Below, piece by piece: positions 39,164 through 49,578 of a stretch of DNA of 64,000 nucleotides (within the stretch, counting starts at the first letter, position 1; each line of letters starts with the position of its first letter). The stretch covers positions 64,001 through 128,000 of the forward strand of contig JAHQWK010000020.1 in NCBI GenBank assembly GCA_029856145.1, written 5' to 3'. This DNA is from Promethearchaeia archaeon. GTDB lineage: Archaea; Asgardarchaeota; Lokiarchaeia; Sigyniarchaeales; SOKP01. The notes under the pieces are model-generated. The model did no database searches and was not told the origin of the DNA. It saw only the letters and a program-made list of their open reading frames with translations. Position numbers and translations under genes: made by a program.

Positions 39164-41550
39164 TTAGTGGTGTTAAAAGGAAGACAACTGCAGTTGAAAG
39201 TACCTTCAGATTTTTTCAAACTGTTGATTTAATAATTTCTCATTTTAAAAGAGAGGCTGACAAAAATAAAATCTTTGAGCTTATTAGTCAAAAAACAAGT
39301 CTTAGTGATTTACTAATTGCTACTGCAACTATTCATATTTACCACAGTTTAGGAATTCGAGTTCAAAAGCTATTGGATAAGGATAAATTTACTTTTGACT
39401 CGACTAAAAAATTAGAACTCAACGAAAAAAAGACGATTATTGATGAGGTTAATTCGCTATTAAAAAATTCCTTAAACCTTGAAGTAAATCTTCTCAACAA
39501 GATAATTGATTTAGAAAATATATTTATTTCTTTTTTGATCGAAGAACGAAAGGAAGAAATTCAAGATATTCAAAAAGAGCGAATGTTAAAAGATCTTGAA
39601 GGTCAGTTTGAACAAGAATTGCAGGAAATCATTTTGAATTATCCCCAATTTTACTTTTATGATTTAATAGGTGATTTAATTGGTCTTAATAATGAAGTTA
39701 AAAAAGATATTTTGGAAGAATCTGCTGCTTTTAAGGATATATCTGTTGAATTAGAGAAAAAACTAGAATTAGAAGAAAAAGAAGATAAATTCATAGAATT
39801 AGCGACTTTAGATCGACTAATAAATAAAATCCAGACCGATTTTGAATTTAAATCATATAAAGAATTACAAATTGAAGCAATGCCCGTAAGAATGATAAAA
39901 AGGAGGGTAATAGACTATAACTTTAACAGGTTTCCCATTTCAATACCAGGATTGAAGGTATTTATAGAAGCAAATAATCTAAAAAAAGACCTTATTTATA
40001 AAATTGAAAGTGCTCTTAAAGAAAAAATCGATTATGACCAGTTTGAAAAAAATATTCTTAGTTTTTTAAAATTTGCATTAATTAAAAAACTCAAAGAAAA
40101 TCCAAATGATTTTATCTACTTCTTACAAAGCATAAATGAATGTGAATTTGATGATATAATATATACACTAAAAAAATATGGAGTATACAATATTCTACAT
40201 CTCTTAAATGTTGATGAAGAGCTTACAGCTAAAGTAAAAAGCAATATAGTTAGATACAATATAAAAAAGCTAGATATTGTATCTTTAAATGACAATAAAC
40301 AGAACTTAATTTATTTAGCAAAAAAAGCGATTTCTGAAGGGAATTTCCAACATATCAAAGATACCATAGAAAGATCTGAAGAGATCTCCGAATTTGAATT
40401 ATTAAATATATTAAAACAAGATCCAAATAAACATCAAGGTTTGTTAAGAATTTTAGAAGAAAAAGCAGGAATAAATATTAATAACTTGCGACAGTACATT
40501 AGAAAAAAGCAGGCCATCGATAAAGTCTTTTTAGGTGAGCTAAAATTAAAAAATTATTCTCACATATTATTTATTTTAGAATTTGAAGAGATTTTGAATA
40601 AAATAGCAAAAGACATTTTCTTTTATATTTTATCTAAGATTTTAAGGCAACTTAGCAGAATAATAGAAGTATATTCTAAGGTTTCCAATGACAGATCACT
40701 ATTCTTATTAGCTTTAAAAAAAATAGATGGAACAACTGATTCAGAAGAGTGGATTAAAGTAAAACTTGAAGAATTGATAATTAAACGATTAAATAAGAGA
40801 CAAGAAGAATTGGTTATTGTATTTAATGCAAACAATCAGCCTTTTTTAGTTAATGGATTTATATTGGCACGATTGATGGAAAAATCTTTAAAAGAAGCGA
40901 TTTCTGAATTAAGAAATAATGGAAGTTTAATATATCAAAATGTTGCTGAATTAAAGTTAAAATCTGATATAATATCTCCAATTTCATATTGCATTGGATA
41001 TGACATAATTAAAAGATTTGAAAATTTTGAAGAACGCCGTAAAGCAGAAGTAGAACTTATAATTGAATCTAAAGAAAAACAAAAAGAGGAGAAAGCTAAA
41101 AAAATCCGTGAAGTACAAGAATTAAGTACTTTAAATTGGATTGAACGCAGAATCACAAGTTCTCTAATGAGAATTAATAGCCCCGGAATTAACCCAAATC
41201 AATTGTATTGGCAAGAAAAAGATACAAAAATAGCTACTGATAATATTAAACTTCATAGTGAATTAAAAGGAGAACCTATTGAGTTAATCTCTGAATTTTT
41301 TAATTTTACCATAGAAAAAATTAGGAATTTTGGTTCAGATATTAAATTACCCGATTATGGAAAAATTAAGGAGATGGTAAATAATATTACTGAAAAAACA
41401 TTAATGAAAAGACTTAAAATCGCTCCTACTCCTGAAGAAAAAAAGAATTTACTCGATGGAGAACGGTATGAAATTGGGAATCAGGTTGCTGTAAAAATTG
41501 GTAAGTTACTAGATAAGGCATTGTATACTAAATTTAGAAGTAAGAAGTAA
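39145..41550 (+). CDS. large hypothetical helical protein (start possibly ATG 39160)
   Basis: 801-aa ORF overlapping the previous stop (translational coupling); no motif recognised. Confidence 0.8.
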   Translation: MGEGIMISGVKRKTTAVESTFRFFQTVDLIISHFKREADKNKIFELISQKTSLSDLLIATATIHIYHSLGIRVQKLLDKDKFTFDSTKKLELNEKKTIIDEVNSLLKNSLNLEVNLLNKIIDLENIFISFLIEERKEEIQDIQKERMLKDLEGQFEQELQEIILNYPQFYFYDLIGDLIGLNNEVKKDILEESAAFKDISVELEKKLELEEKEDKFIELATLDRLINKIQTDFEFKSYKELQIEAMPVRMIKRRVIDYNFNRFPISIPGLKVFIEANNLKKDLIYKIESALKEKIDYDQFEKNILSFLKFALIKKLKENPNDFIYFLQSINECEFDDIIYTLKKYGVYNILHLLNVDEELTAKVKSNIVRYNIKKLDIVSLNDNKQNLIYLAKKAISEGNFQHIKDTIERSEEISEFELLNILKQDPNKHQGLLRILEEKAGININNLRQYIRKKQAIDKVFLGELKLKNYSHILFILEFEEILNKIAKDIFFYILSKILRQLSRIIEVYSKVSNDRSLFLLALKKIDGTTDSEEWIKVKLEELIIKRLNKRQEELVIVFNANNQPFLVNGFILARLMEKSLKEAISELRNNGSLIYQNVAELKLKSDIISPISYCIGYDIIKRFENFEERRKAEVELIIESKEKQKEEKAKKIREVQELSTLNWIERRITSSLMRINSPGINPNQLYWQEKDTKIATDNIKLHSELKGEPIELISEFFNFTIEKIRNFGSDIKLPDYGKIKEMVNNITEKTLMKRLKIAPTPEEKKNLLDGERYEIGNQVAVKIGKLLDKALYTKFRSKK

Positions 41551-41689
41551 TCTTCTTCAATATAATCTTTATTTTAAATTTTTATTCCCATTTCTAACTT
41601 ATTATTTTAAAACTTCTTTTTGAAATAAAAAAGATATTAAAATATTCTTTCCTTAATTTACTAAAATTAGATAGAATTGTTACATTCTT

Positions 41690-41965
41690 ATGGCTTCAGT
41701 ATTTTCATGGATTAAAAAAGAAATTGTGTATTTAAAAGATTCCTTTTTCCAAATAGTTAAAGCATTATTTCTTGTTATTTTAGCATCTAGCGGTTTGATA
41801 TGTGCTATATTCTTAAGATATTTAGGATATAGTGGCACAATCATTTCATTTGTTAGTATTATTATCGAACTTATATCTCTCATTTTGTGTTATTTCTTAT
41901 TACGGGGATATTTAAAAACAAAGGAAAAAACTGAAGCTTCTACATCCAAAGGTAAGAAACTCTAA
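41690..41965 (+). CDS. small two-TM membrane protein
   Basis: Two hydrophobic helices, basic tail. Confidence 0.65.
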   Translation: MASVFSWIKKEIVYLKDSFFQIVKALFLVILASSGLICAIFLRYLGYSGTIISFVSIIIELISLILCYFLLRGYLKTKEKTEASTSKGKKL

Positions 41966-41977
41966 TAATAGAGGAAA

Positions 41978-42706
41978 TTAAATAAAAATTTCCCAGGGTC
42001 GCTCATCGATATGCTGGGAGATCAAATATTCTTTTATATCTTCCTTCAAAATATATGGATCATATTCCCATGCTCCCTGTTTATTAAAAGAAACACATCT
42101 AACTTTTTTAAGATTTAATTTAGACTTTACTAAAAACCCATACATAGCAACTTGAGGGAGAGAAAGCAAAAAATTTCCTTCTGGTTTATAATCAATCACT
42201 TTAACAACATCATTTTCAATTTGAATTAAATCAATATGACCTGTTATCGCCACATTTTCTTTTTTACCCCAAATCGGAACCTCTATTGCAACAGCATCTT
42301 TATCCTTAATTAAAATGTTTTTCAAAATTGGTTCATGCCCAGGAACACCCGAGATATTGTTTTCTTGATAATTTTCAAAAACATTTTGAGCATACTTTGG
42401 TAATTTTGATTCAGAATCAGAATACCGAATTTTACCAGATCTAATTAGGTTTTTACTATAACTTCTAATAAAAGCAGATTTAAGACCTTTAATTTTAAAT
42501 TGAGATACCCTCGGAAATTCTCTTGAATTAAATAGTCTATTAGGGATTACCCCTTCGTAGACTCTTTTAAAATGGACCTTAAGCCTATTTAATTCTTCTC
42601 GATTAGTAATAATTTGAGAGTATTTTTCTTTATGATGCTCCTTATTCCAATTAAAAGAATAAGGAATATTTTGATGGATATATGTCTTTATCTTAAGTTT
42701 AAACAA
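41978..42706 (-). CDS. PD-(D/E)XK nuclease family protein (RecB/Cas4-like fold, no FeS Cys)
   Basis: H...EVPIW...GHIDL...IDYKP...QVAMY motifs. Confidence 0.85.
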   Translation of the reverse strand: MFKLKIKTYIHQNIPYSFNWNKEHHKEKYSQIITNREELNRLKVHFKRVYEGVIPNRLFNSREFPRVSQFKIKGLKSAFIRSYSKNLIRSGKIRYSDSESKLPKYAQNVFENYQENNISGVPGHEPILKNILIKDKDAVAIEVPIWGKKENVAITGHIDLIQIENDVVKVIDYKPEGNFLLSLPQVAMYGFLVKSKLNLKKVRCVSFNKQGAWEYDPYILKEDIKEYLISQHIDERPWEIFI

Positions 42707-43033
42707 TATAAATACTCTCTCTTAATTTACCAAATCTATATAATACAATTAATATAAATTCTAAATTTAATTAAAGAATTTCACTTATTAAAAACAATGT
42801 GTTAACAATTTATTAATTTATTAAATTTACTTTGACCATATCTCCCGACATAAAATAGTAAGGAAACTTGAGATATCTGTAATTTGTAATTTAGAGAAAT
42901 CTACCCAAATACTAAACTTTTAAATATATTATTGGTAATATTTTAACGAAGAATAAGAATTGAATTGCATTGACTGTAATTAATTATTTGAGCCTAATCA
43001 CTATAGAAAGGGATAAAAAATAGCAGGATTCTT

Positions 43034-46000
43034 ATGAATACTCTGAATTTAGATATTTTAATTAACATGCTAAATGACACCTTAGCAAAGGATGTTAACC
43101 AAATATTCAGTAATCTCTTAAATGAAATTCAGAATTATTTAGATTTAGTTCCAATCAGTCCAAATATAATAATCATTATTACAGATGAGCTAAAGGAATA
43201 TTCAAAAAAATTTTTTAGTCTTGGAGTAAGGAGAACACTGATAAATAATCAAACTCAGATAGAAATTTCAGAAAAATATTTAAAATTTTTACATTTTATC
43301 CTACTAAGAGAAGCTTACTTAAATTTTGTCCCATATGAATTAAGAGAGAAACAGATTATCCAAATTGTTATTCATGAAATAATAGAAAGTGATCTTTTTA
43401 AACTAGGGGTGATTAGTGAATGGAAAGAGCTAGTTCGAAGTAATATAATCAATTATGACTTTTTATCATCTCAATTTGATAAACTCGATAAGTTTTTTAA
43501 GCTTGAAGCAACAGAAACGACTCAAAGTCCTACACAATTCTTTTTTGAATTTATTCGCAGGAATGTTTCTGTAATTCATGATAAGATGGATGATTTTTAT
43601 GATATTCTTTATGAAGAATTTATCTATAAAACTTCAAAATCTCTCTATAATGATGCGATTGTAGAAACAATAAGAGTTCTTGTAAAAATTTTTTACCAAG
43701 TAAAATTTTTTAAAAATTACAGTGAGTTTGAAGACCATTTTATTGAACTTAAGGAGAAGGGGATTATCTCTACTAATTTAAGTAAGAGAAAGTTTAGCGA
43801 AAATTTACGTTTGATTAATAAATATACTATAATATCTCCTTCATATAAGCTAAACTATCATAAAGTAAACATAGTTGTAGCTATTACTGTTCTAAAGTTT
43901 AATCCTATTTTAGATCGAAAAGATATTTATTATTTCTTAGACAGAATCCCTTTTTTACATAATCCTATTTTTACGAAAAACGGATTTTCTGAGGAAATCT
44001 ATTGTTATTTTGTTATACCTAAAATTTATTTAAAAGATTTATTGAAATTTATTGAAAAACTAAAAAATTTTGGTTATATTATTAATAAAGAATGCTATAT
44101 CTGGAAAGCGTATAATAACAACCTAAACTTGAACTATTTTAGGGAATACTTTAAAGCATTAAATAAAATCATAAATCCAAATCATGTGGAGTATGATGAT
44201 AGATTTGAGCTTAAATTCTTAGATCTATATGATGAGCCTCATAAATTAATTGATCTTAATTTATTAGAATGGGTTATATTTGAAAGAGTTGCACAGTCTA
44301 GTCCCACAGGTATGGGTTTCGGACGTAGAGCAGACATACTTCAGTCACTTAAGGACGAAATGTTAAATTATATTGAAAGTGAAAGAGTTCTAATAATAAA
44401 TTTAAGGGATTCTCTTAGTGTATTTTATAAAAAACCACAATTAAAAAAGGAGCTACTTGATTTTTTAGATAGCAATCAGAAGTTTGGTTTTTTTTATATA
44501 AATGATATGCTTCAGCAAATATTTAAATACTTAGATGCAATTAAAAAGTTAATAAAAAGAAATCCTGAAATTAAGACTATAAGTAAACTCCAGGAGTTTC
44601 TAAGATTTCACCAATTTTCTCAGTTGATGGAAGAAAATATTTCTTTCAAAAATAAAGATATTCAATCAATAGTATTTAGAGATTTCATTCCATTATTTTT
44701 TAAATCATTTCAAGAATTTAGAAAATTAGAAGAAAAATATGGTTTTATCTATAATTTCTTTGAAGCTTGTAGAAAGTTAAAAATATATAGTTTCGATTTG
44801 ATGAGACGAATCATTAGAGATGAACAATTAGTTAAAAAAATTTATTATACAAAAGAAAAAAAACTTAAAGGATCTTTTGAGAAATTTAAACCATATAAAA
44901 TTACTAACCAAATGCTCAATTCCACATTTATAAAATTTCTAGATGCAAACTTAATTTCCCCTCAACTGATTAATACTATAACAACAAGTTCATTTGCCAA
45001 ATATCATCCCGTTCTGCTATTAAAAGACACAATTAATGTTAACAATCAAATAGCAAAGATTATAAAATATTTTCCAAGAGTGTTTTTAGAAAAAGTTAGG
45101 AATTTATTCACAAATGAATCCTTTATAGTATTATTTACTTATTTCCTAAATATTAAAGAAAAAGATTTATTTTGTTCGATTCTATACCGCATTTTTAAGG
45201 AAAATATTGTTAGTTTTAAGAGATACTTTACAAGTGGTTTATCACCTTTTGTATTAATCAAAGATTTTTATGATTTTGATAGAAATAAGTTTTTTTATAC
45301 AAAGGATTTATTTGAGGAAAGTCTTCTTTATATACAAAAAATATTAGGGGATCCTTTAAATCCGCTTCAGGATATTAAAACAACTAATCAAGAAAGATTT
45401 TGGTCTAAAGATCAAAATATTATCAATTTAGTAAAAGCTGTTGATAGTCGTGTTTCACATGAACAACCTGACTTCAATTTCAATAGGTTAAATAAATTGA
45501 TTGAATTCAATCGTAGTCTTAAAACAATACTTCTTAATCCAGAAAAATTTAAAAATTGTCAACGGGCAAATTTTTTTAAGAATTTTATTAAATCGATAAA
45601 ATTCATCCCAAATTTTCAAGCTTTTGGCCTAAATCAATATTTCTTATACATTCGTCCTTCAAATATAGATGAAATAGATTTTAAGCATCTTCTAATTAAT
45701 ACTTTTCAGTCTATTAAATATCCAACAGTAATAGATGATACAAACTCTTTTTTAATTAAATACATATTTCCTTATCGCAATCCCAATATGAAACATCTGA
45801 ACTGGTATTTAAAAACAAAACTTATAATACAGGAGTATTGTCTCTTTTCTTTTAAAAAAATAATTCAAATTTTCAATTTTAATTATAACCTGAATGCTAA
45901 TGGATGGAATTATGATTCAAATAGATTCAAAATATACATGCAGAATATACTTTTTAATCCAGATTATGAATTAGATTTTTCTAAAATACGACAGTTAAAT

Positions 46001-46654
46001 ATGATCGATCCATCAAAACAAAATTCTATTGGATCTAATTCAATATTTTTCAAATTATTATTTGAAATTTACACTTGGAAAGCTGTAGATATAAAATCAA
46101 TCTTAGGTACGCGGAAATATTCAATTATTAATAATATTACAACACTAATTGCTAAAAATTTAATTTTTCCCTATATCTCATTGAAAAATTTAGAGTTCCA
46201 GGATAAAATCTACATAATTTTACCTAATGTAAAAGAAGAACTGAATCAAACCATCATAAAAATTTTTAACTTCTTTAACTATGGTTTTATTTATGAAATA
46301 GAAGGAGATTATTATATCCATGGCTTTGCAGAACAAATTAGATTTGAAAATGGATTGATGATAAAAATATATTTTCCACAATCTGAGGTTGATGAATTTC
46401 TAAAAGTTTTTGATTTACTATTTCATTATTTAGAAATCAATAATTATATCATTTTAACAGATTTAACATCTAGCAAAAATTTCCTAAACTGGATTTTTGG
46501 AGATTTAAGTTTTCTAGACTCTTATAATCCTTTAATCAATTTAAAGTGGAGTAGTAAAGATAAAATTTGGTTAAATCATAAACTTTATACCGAAAAATTT
46601 GAGAAAATTTATCCCGATCTTTTTTATGGAGAGAAAAAATATCATTCACTTTGA
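43034..46654 (+). CDS. 1206-aa protein with repeated Lrp/AsnC-like modules
   Basis: Recurring linker motifs SPSYKLNYHKVNI, FIPNFQAFGLNQYFLYI, IFPYISLKNLEF each followed by alpha/beta segments; inference. Confidence 0.6.
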   Translation: MNTLNLDILINMLNDTLAKDVNQIFSNLLNEIQNYLDLVPISPNIIIIITDELKEYSKKFFSLGVRRTLINNQTQIEISEKYLKFLHFILLREAYLNFVPYELREKQIIQIVIHEIIESDLFKLGVISEWKELVRSNIINYDFLSSQFDKLDKFFKLEATETTQSPTQFFFEFIRRNVSVIHDKMDDFYDILYEEFIYKTSKSLYNDAIVETIRVLVKIFYQVKFFKNYSEFEDHFIELKEKGIISTNLSKRKFSENLRLINKYTIISPSYKLNYHKVNIVVAITVLKFNPILDRKDIYYFLDRIPFLHNPIFTKNGFSEEIYCYFVIPKIYLKDLLKFIEKLKNFGYIINKECYIWKAYNNNLNLNYFREYFKALNKIINPNHVEYDDRFELKFLDLYDEPHKLIDLNLLEWVIFERVAQSSPTGMGFGRRADILQSLKDEMLNYIESERVLIINLRDSLSVFYKKPQLKKELLDFLDSNQKFGFFYINDMLQQIFKYLDAIKKLIKRNPEIKTISKLQEFLRFHQFSQLMEENISFKNKDIQSIVFRDFIPLFFKSFQEFRKLEEKYGFIYNFFEACRKLKIYSFDLMRRIIRDEQLVKKIYYTKEKKLKGSFEKFKPYKITNQMLNSTFIKFLDANLISPQLINTITTSSFAKYHPVLLLKDTINVNNQIAKIIKYFPRVFLEKVRNLFTNESFIVLFTYFLNIKEKDLFCSILYRIFKENIVSFKRYFTSGLSPFVLIKDFYDFDRNKFFYTKDLFEESLLYIQKILGDPLNPLQDIKTTNQERFWSKDQNIINLVKAVDSRVSHEQPDFNFNRLNKLIEFNRSLKTILLNPEKFKNCQRANFFKNFIKSIKFIPNFQAFGLNQYFLYIRPSNIDEIDFKHLLINTFQSIKYPTVIDDTNSFLIKYIFPYRNPNMKHLNWYLKTKLIIQEYCLFSFKKIIQIFNFNYNLNANGWNYDSNRFKIYMQNILFNPDYELDFSKIRQLNMIDPSKQNSIGSNSIFFKLLFEIYTWKAVDIKSILGTRKYSIINNITTLIAKNLIFPYISLKNLEFQDKIYIILPNVKEELNQTIIKIFNFFNYGFIYEIEGDYYIHGFAEQIRFENGLMIKIYFPQSEVDEFLKVFDLLFHYLEINNYIILTDLTSSKNFLNWIFGDLSFLDSYNPLINLKWSSKDKIWLNHKLYTEKFEKIYPDLFYGEKKYHSL

Positions 46655-46767
46655 AAAAATTTCTCATAAGAAACTTTTCTCTTAAATCTTACTTTAAAAT
46701 GGTTATAAAAATTTGGTCAATTTATAATTTCAGTGTTGTTTAAAAGGGTAACTAGAGATTAATTTTT

Positions 46768-46809
46768 GTATGCCAGGTGCTCATGAAGGTCACCCGATCA
46801 TGTAAAGTC
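46768..46809. repeat. 42-bp direct repeat, copy 1
   Basis: GTATGCCAGGTGCTCATGAAGGTCACCCGATCATGTAAAGTC, identical to 47442-47483. Confidence 0.97.
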
Positions 46810-46920
46810 TACCAGTTTTGCAATGTCTTTATGGATGGACATTTACATTCTATTTCTTTTTTATCTTATAAAGTGGTAATAAAATAGTGGAGAGAAATAA
46901 CTCTACAAGATTGTAAAATC

Positions 46921-47220
46921 AAAAATGGTCTATGGATAAAATTGAATTTGCCACAATACGAACTTGATGAATTCCTTAGACTTTTTGATTTGTTATTTGA
47001 ATATTTAGAAATCAAAGATTACATAATATTAACGGATTTAACTAATGGTAAAAGTCTTTTAAAAGGAATTTATGGAAGTTTAAATTTTTTAGAATCTTTC
47101 AATCCACTGGTCAATTTAAAATGGAATGAAAAGGATAAAATCTGGATGAACCATAAATTATATACAGAAAAATTTAAAAAAATTTATCCAGACCTTTTTT
47201 ATGGGGTAAAAATTCAATAG
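46921..47220 (+). pseudogene. orphan diverged copy of the C-terminal ~100 aa of the 43034-46654 protein
   Basis: NGLWIKLNLPQYELDEFL...NHKLYTEKFKKIYPDLFYG aligns without gaps to NGLMIKIYFPQSEVDEFL...NHKLYTEKFEKIYPDLFYG. Confidence 0.85.
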
Positions 47221-47441
47221 AAATGTAGAAAAAATAAATGAAAGTGAGATAAACTATTCTCATATAATTTTTATTAATAATTTTCTTTTTCCGGCTTAGA
47301 TTTTATTTTAGGTTTTAAATCTATGTTGTTTAAAATAGTTTAATTCTCAGAAATTAAATTTTTATTATAGTCTATCAAAATTTTCATTTCAAGATAATAT
47401 ATTTTTTAGTGAGGTTTAAAAAAAAGAAATCAGATGTATTA

Positions 47442-47483
47442 GTATGCCAGGTGCTCATGAAGGTCACCCGATCATGTAAAGTC
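47442..47483. repeat. 42-bp direct repeat, copy 2 (extends into inverted repeat TAAAGTCC/GGACTTTA)
   Basis: Identical to 46768-46809. Confidence 0.97.
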
Positions 47484-47571
47484 CTTAGGGACTTTAATAT
47501 TCTATTTTTTCTTTTTCCTTTATTAAAAAAATTTAATATTTTCTAAGAACTTTCCTTAATTTTTAATTTTC

Positions 47572-48885
47572 TTAAACCTGATTAAAATTCTTTGGTTTTA
47601 TAGCAAATTTAGATGAAAAAAGAAAAACAATTGATATTGATGTAAGTGAAACAACCGTAATGATCAAGATATCCATTGATACATATTGAGACAGAAATGT
47701 TCCGAGGGGTAAAAGGGTTATACTGGCTAAATTTGAGGATAATGACATAATCCAATATCGCAGATTCTCATTTTTTCCAGTTCTGGAAATCTGCAGAAAA
47801 ATATTCGTATATAATACCACAAATAACCCGCCTAGGAGGTTAATAAAGGAATATATTAATACCAAGATCATTATGTTTGAGAATAGTAGCAGAACTAAAC
47901 TAAATATATAAATTAAAGTTAAATACACTATAGTTTGTAATACACTTTTATTTTGAATAATATTCGGGTCTTTTTTTAAATCTATGATATTTAGTATCTT
48001 CTTAGCTAAATAAAACCCCATTATATTAAAAACCGTAAAAATAATATAAAAATCTGAATATAAAGAAAAGCCTTCCTCTCCAAATCGGGAAAGAATGTAA
48101 GAACTAAAAGGATAAGCTATTAATTTATCGCTCCATAAAAAAAAATAAGCTATAAATATAAAGGTAATAGCAAAAGGTGAAAAGATTAGTAAATTATTCT
48201 GATTTTGAAAGGCCTTCATAGAAGGTTCTTGATTTGGCACTTTGGAGGAAGATTTCTTCATAAAAATGAATATTAATAATAAGGGGGAGGTTATTAACCA
48301 TCCTACTACAAAGAAAATGTTCCAAAAATCTATAGAATCAATTTCTTTAACACAAAGTTTGAAAAGAAATGAGGAAAGTAATATACCTATTGAGGAGCAA
48401 GTATTGATTAATATAATTATATTTCGTTCACTTTTTTTATCGGGAGACTCTAAAAGTAGTTTTGACATCCCTGTTCTAATTACTGCTTGACTTATTAGAA
48501 ATAGAACTAAGAAAATAGCATAACTAAGAAGAGATTGATTATATATAATAAACATTAAGAAGCTTAAAGATAGAACAAAACTAAAGGAGGTTATTATCTT
48601 GTTCTTATACTTTGAATATTTATCAAAAAAAAGTCCCAATGCGGGGAATGAAAACAAAACTAAATATGATAAACTCTGTATTAGTGATAAACTGGATCTA
48701 TCTACATTTAAAACATCGAAATGAAATAAAGGGATATAAACAAGGACGTAGATTTGAATCAAGCTAATGATGAAATAAACTAATGAGAATACGACATAAT
48801 TGTTCTTACTATTTTTTATTTTTTTTAGGGCTTTTTGAATATTTTCCCTACTAAATTTTTTCTCCAATTTTTCGTGAGTGAGCAT
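47572..48885 (-). CDS. MFS transporter
   Basis: About 12 hydrophobic segments in 6+6 arrangement; GLFFDKYSK motif-A-like loop. Confidence 0.8.
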   Translation of the reverse strand: MLTHEKLEKKFSRENIQKALKKIKNSKNNYVVFSLVYFIISLIQIYVLVYIPLFHFDVLNVDRSSLSLIQSLSYLVLFSFPALGLFFDKYSKYKNKIITSFSFVLSLSFLMFIIYNQSLLSYAIFLVLFLISQAVIRTGMSKLLLESPDKKSERNIIILINTCSSIGILLSSFLFKLCVKEIDSIDFWNIFFVVGWLITSPLLLIFIFMKKSSSKVPNQEPSMKAFQNQNNLLIFSPFAITFIFIAYFFLWSDKLIAYPFSSYILSRFGEEGFSLYSDFYIIFTVFNIMGFYLAKKILNIIDLKKDPNIIQNKSVLQTIVYLTLIYIFSLVLLLFSNIMILVLIYSFINLLGGLFVVLYTNIFLQISRTGKNENLRYWIMSLSSNLASITLLPLGTFLSQYVSMDILIITVVSLTSISIVFLFSSKFAIKPKNFNQV

Positions 48886-48988
48886 ATCACTTTATTTCAG
48901 AAGATATAATTAAACCAATTGAAATTTTTATATTGGGCATATCGATTTTTGTATTGCGGTTTAAAAAGATAATTTTAGATAAAATTAC

Positions 48989-49129
48989 ATGAATTTATTT
49001 AAATGTCCTAATTGTAGATTATGTATAGATTTTGACATCTTATTCAAAAAAGAGCTATGTCCTATGTGTGGTATGCCTTTAGACTATTGTATTGATAAGA
49101 ACCCACCTAATATTGATAAGAAGTGTTAA
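48989..49129 (+). CDS. 46-aa CPxCG zinc-finger micro-protein
   Basis: Manual translation MNLFKCPNCRLCIDFDILFKKELCPMCGMPLDYCIDKNPPNIDKKC; below track length cutoff. Confidence 0.65.
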   Translation: MNLFKCPNCRLCIDFDILFKKELCPMCGMPLDYCIDKNPPNIDKKC

Positions 49130-49578
49130 TTTTGAAGATATCTCAGAGACCAATTTAATATATAAATAGATTTTTTCCCATAGCTTTTTTAGAAATCTGC
49201 AAAATCTAAAAACCAATTGAAAGCTTAAGGCTTCAAGACACAATTAAATCCTCTAAATTTAACTAAGATTTATATCTTAATAATTTAAAAAAAAAATTTA
49301 GATATCCTTTTGATTTAAACCATTATTTTCGAGAGAATTAAAAAATCTACCACATACATGACAATAAGTGCATTTTGAATCTAAATGTATACTGGTTCTA
49401 CAGGATGGGCATTTAATATAAATGGTGTTATGAAAATACATAAAAAATAATCTATAATTCTGTATTTAAATTACTACATAAATGCTTAAAATGGATGAAA
49501 TTTATTAGAGGGCATAATAAAATTTAAACGTTATTTTAGATATTTTAATAAGTATAAGACATTAAATAGCTAAAAAAA

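Noticed and set aside
46768-46809. SECIS element or group II intron domain V
   Set aside because: AUGA/GA present but stem far too short and no Sec-type in-frame TGA gene nearby; no AGC/CGC triad stem for domain V
46340-47220. DGR variable/template repeat pair
   Set aside because: Differences are not adenine-specific, many are synonymous C/T changes, and no reverse transcriptase is in the window; looks like a protein-level paralogue fragment
46768-47483. CRISPR array from the 42-bp repeats, with the PD-(D/E)XK nuclease as Cas4
   Set aside because: Only two copies, 632 bp apart; nuclease lacks the Cas4 cysteines; no cas genes
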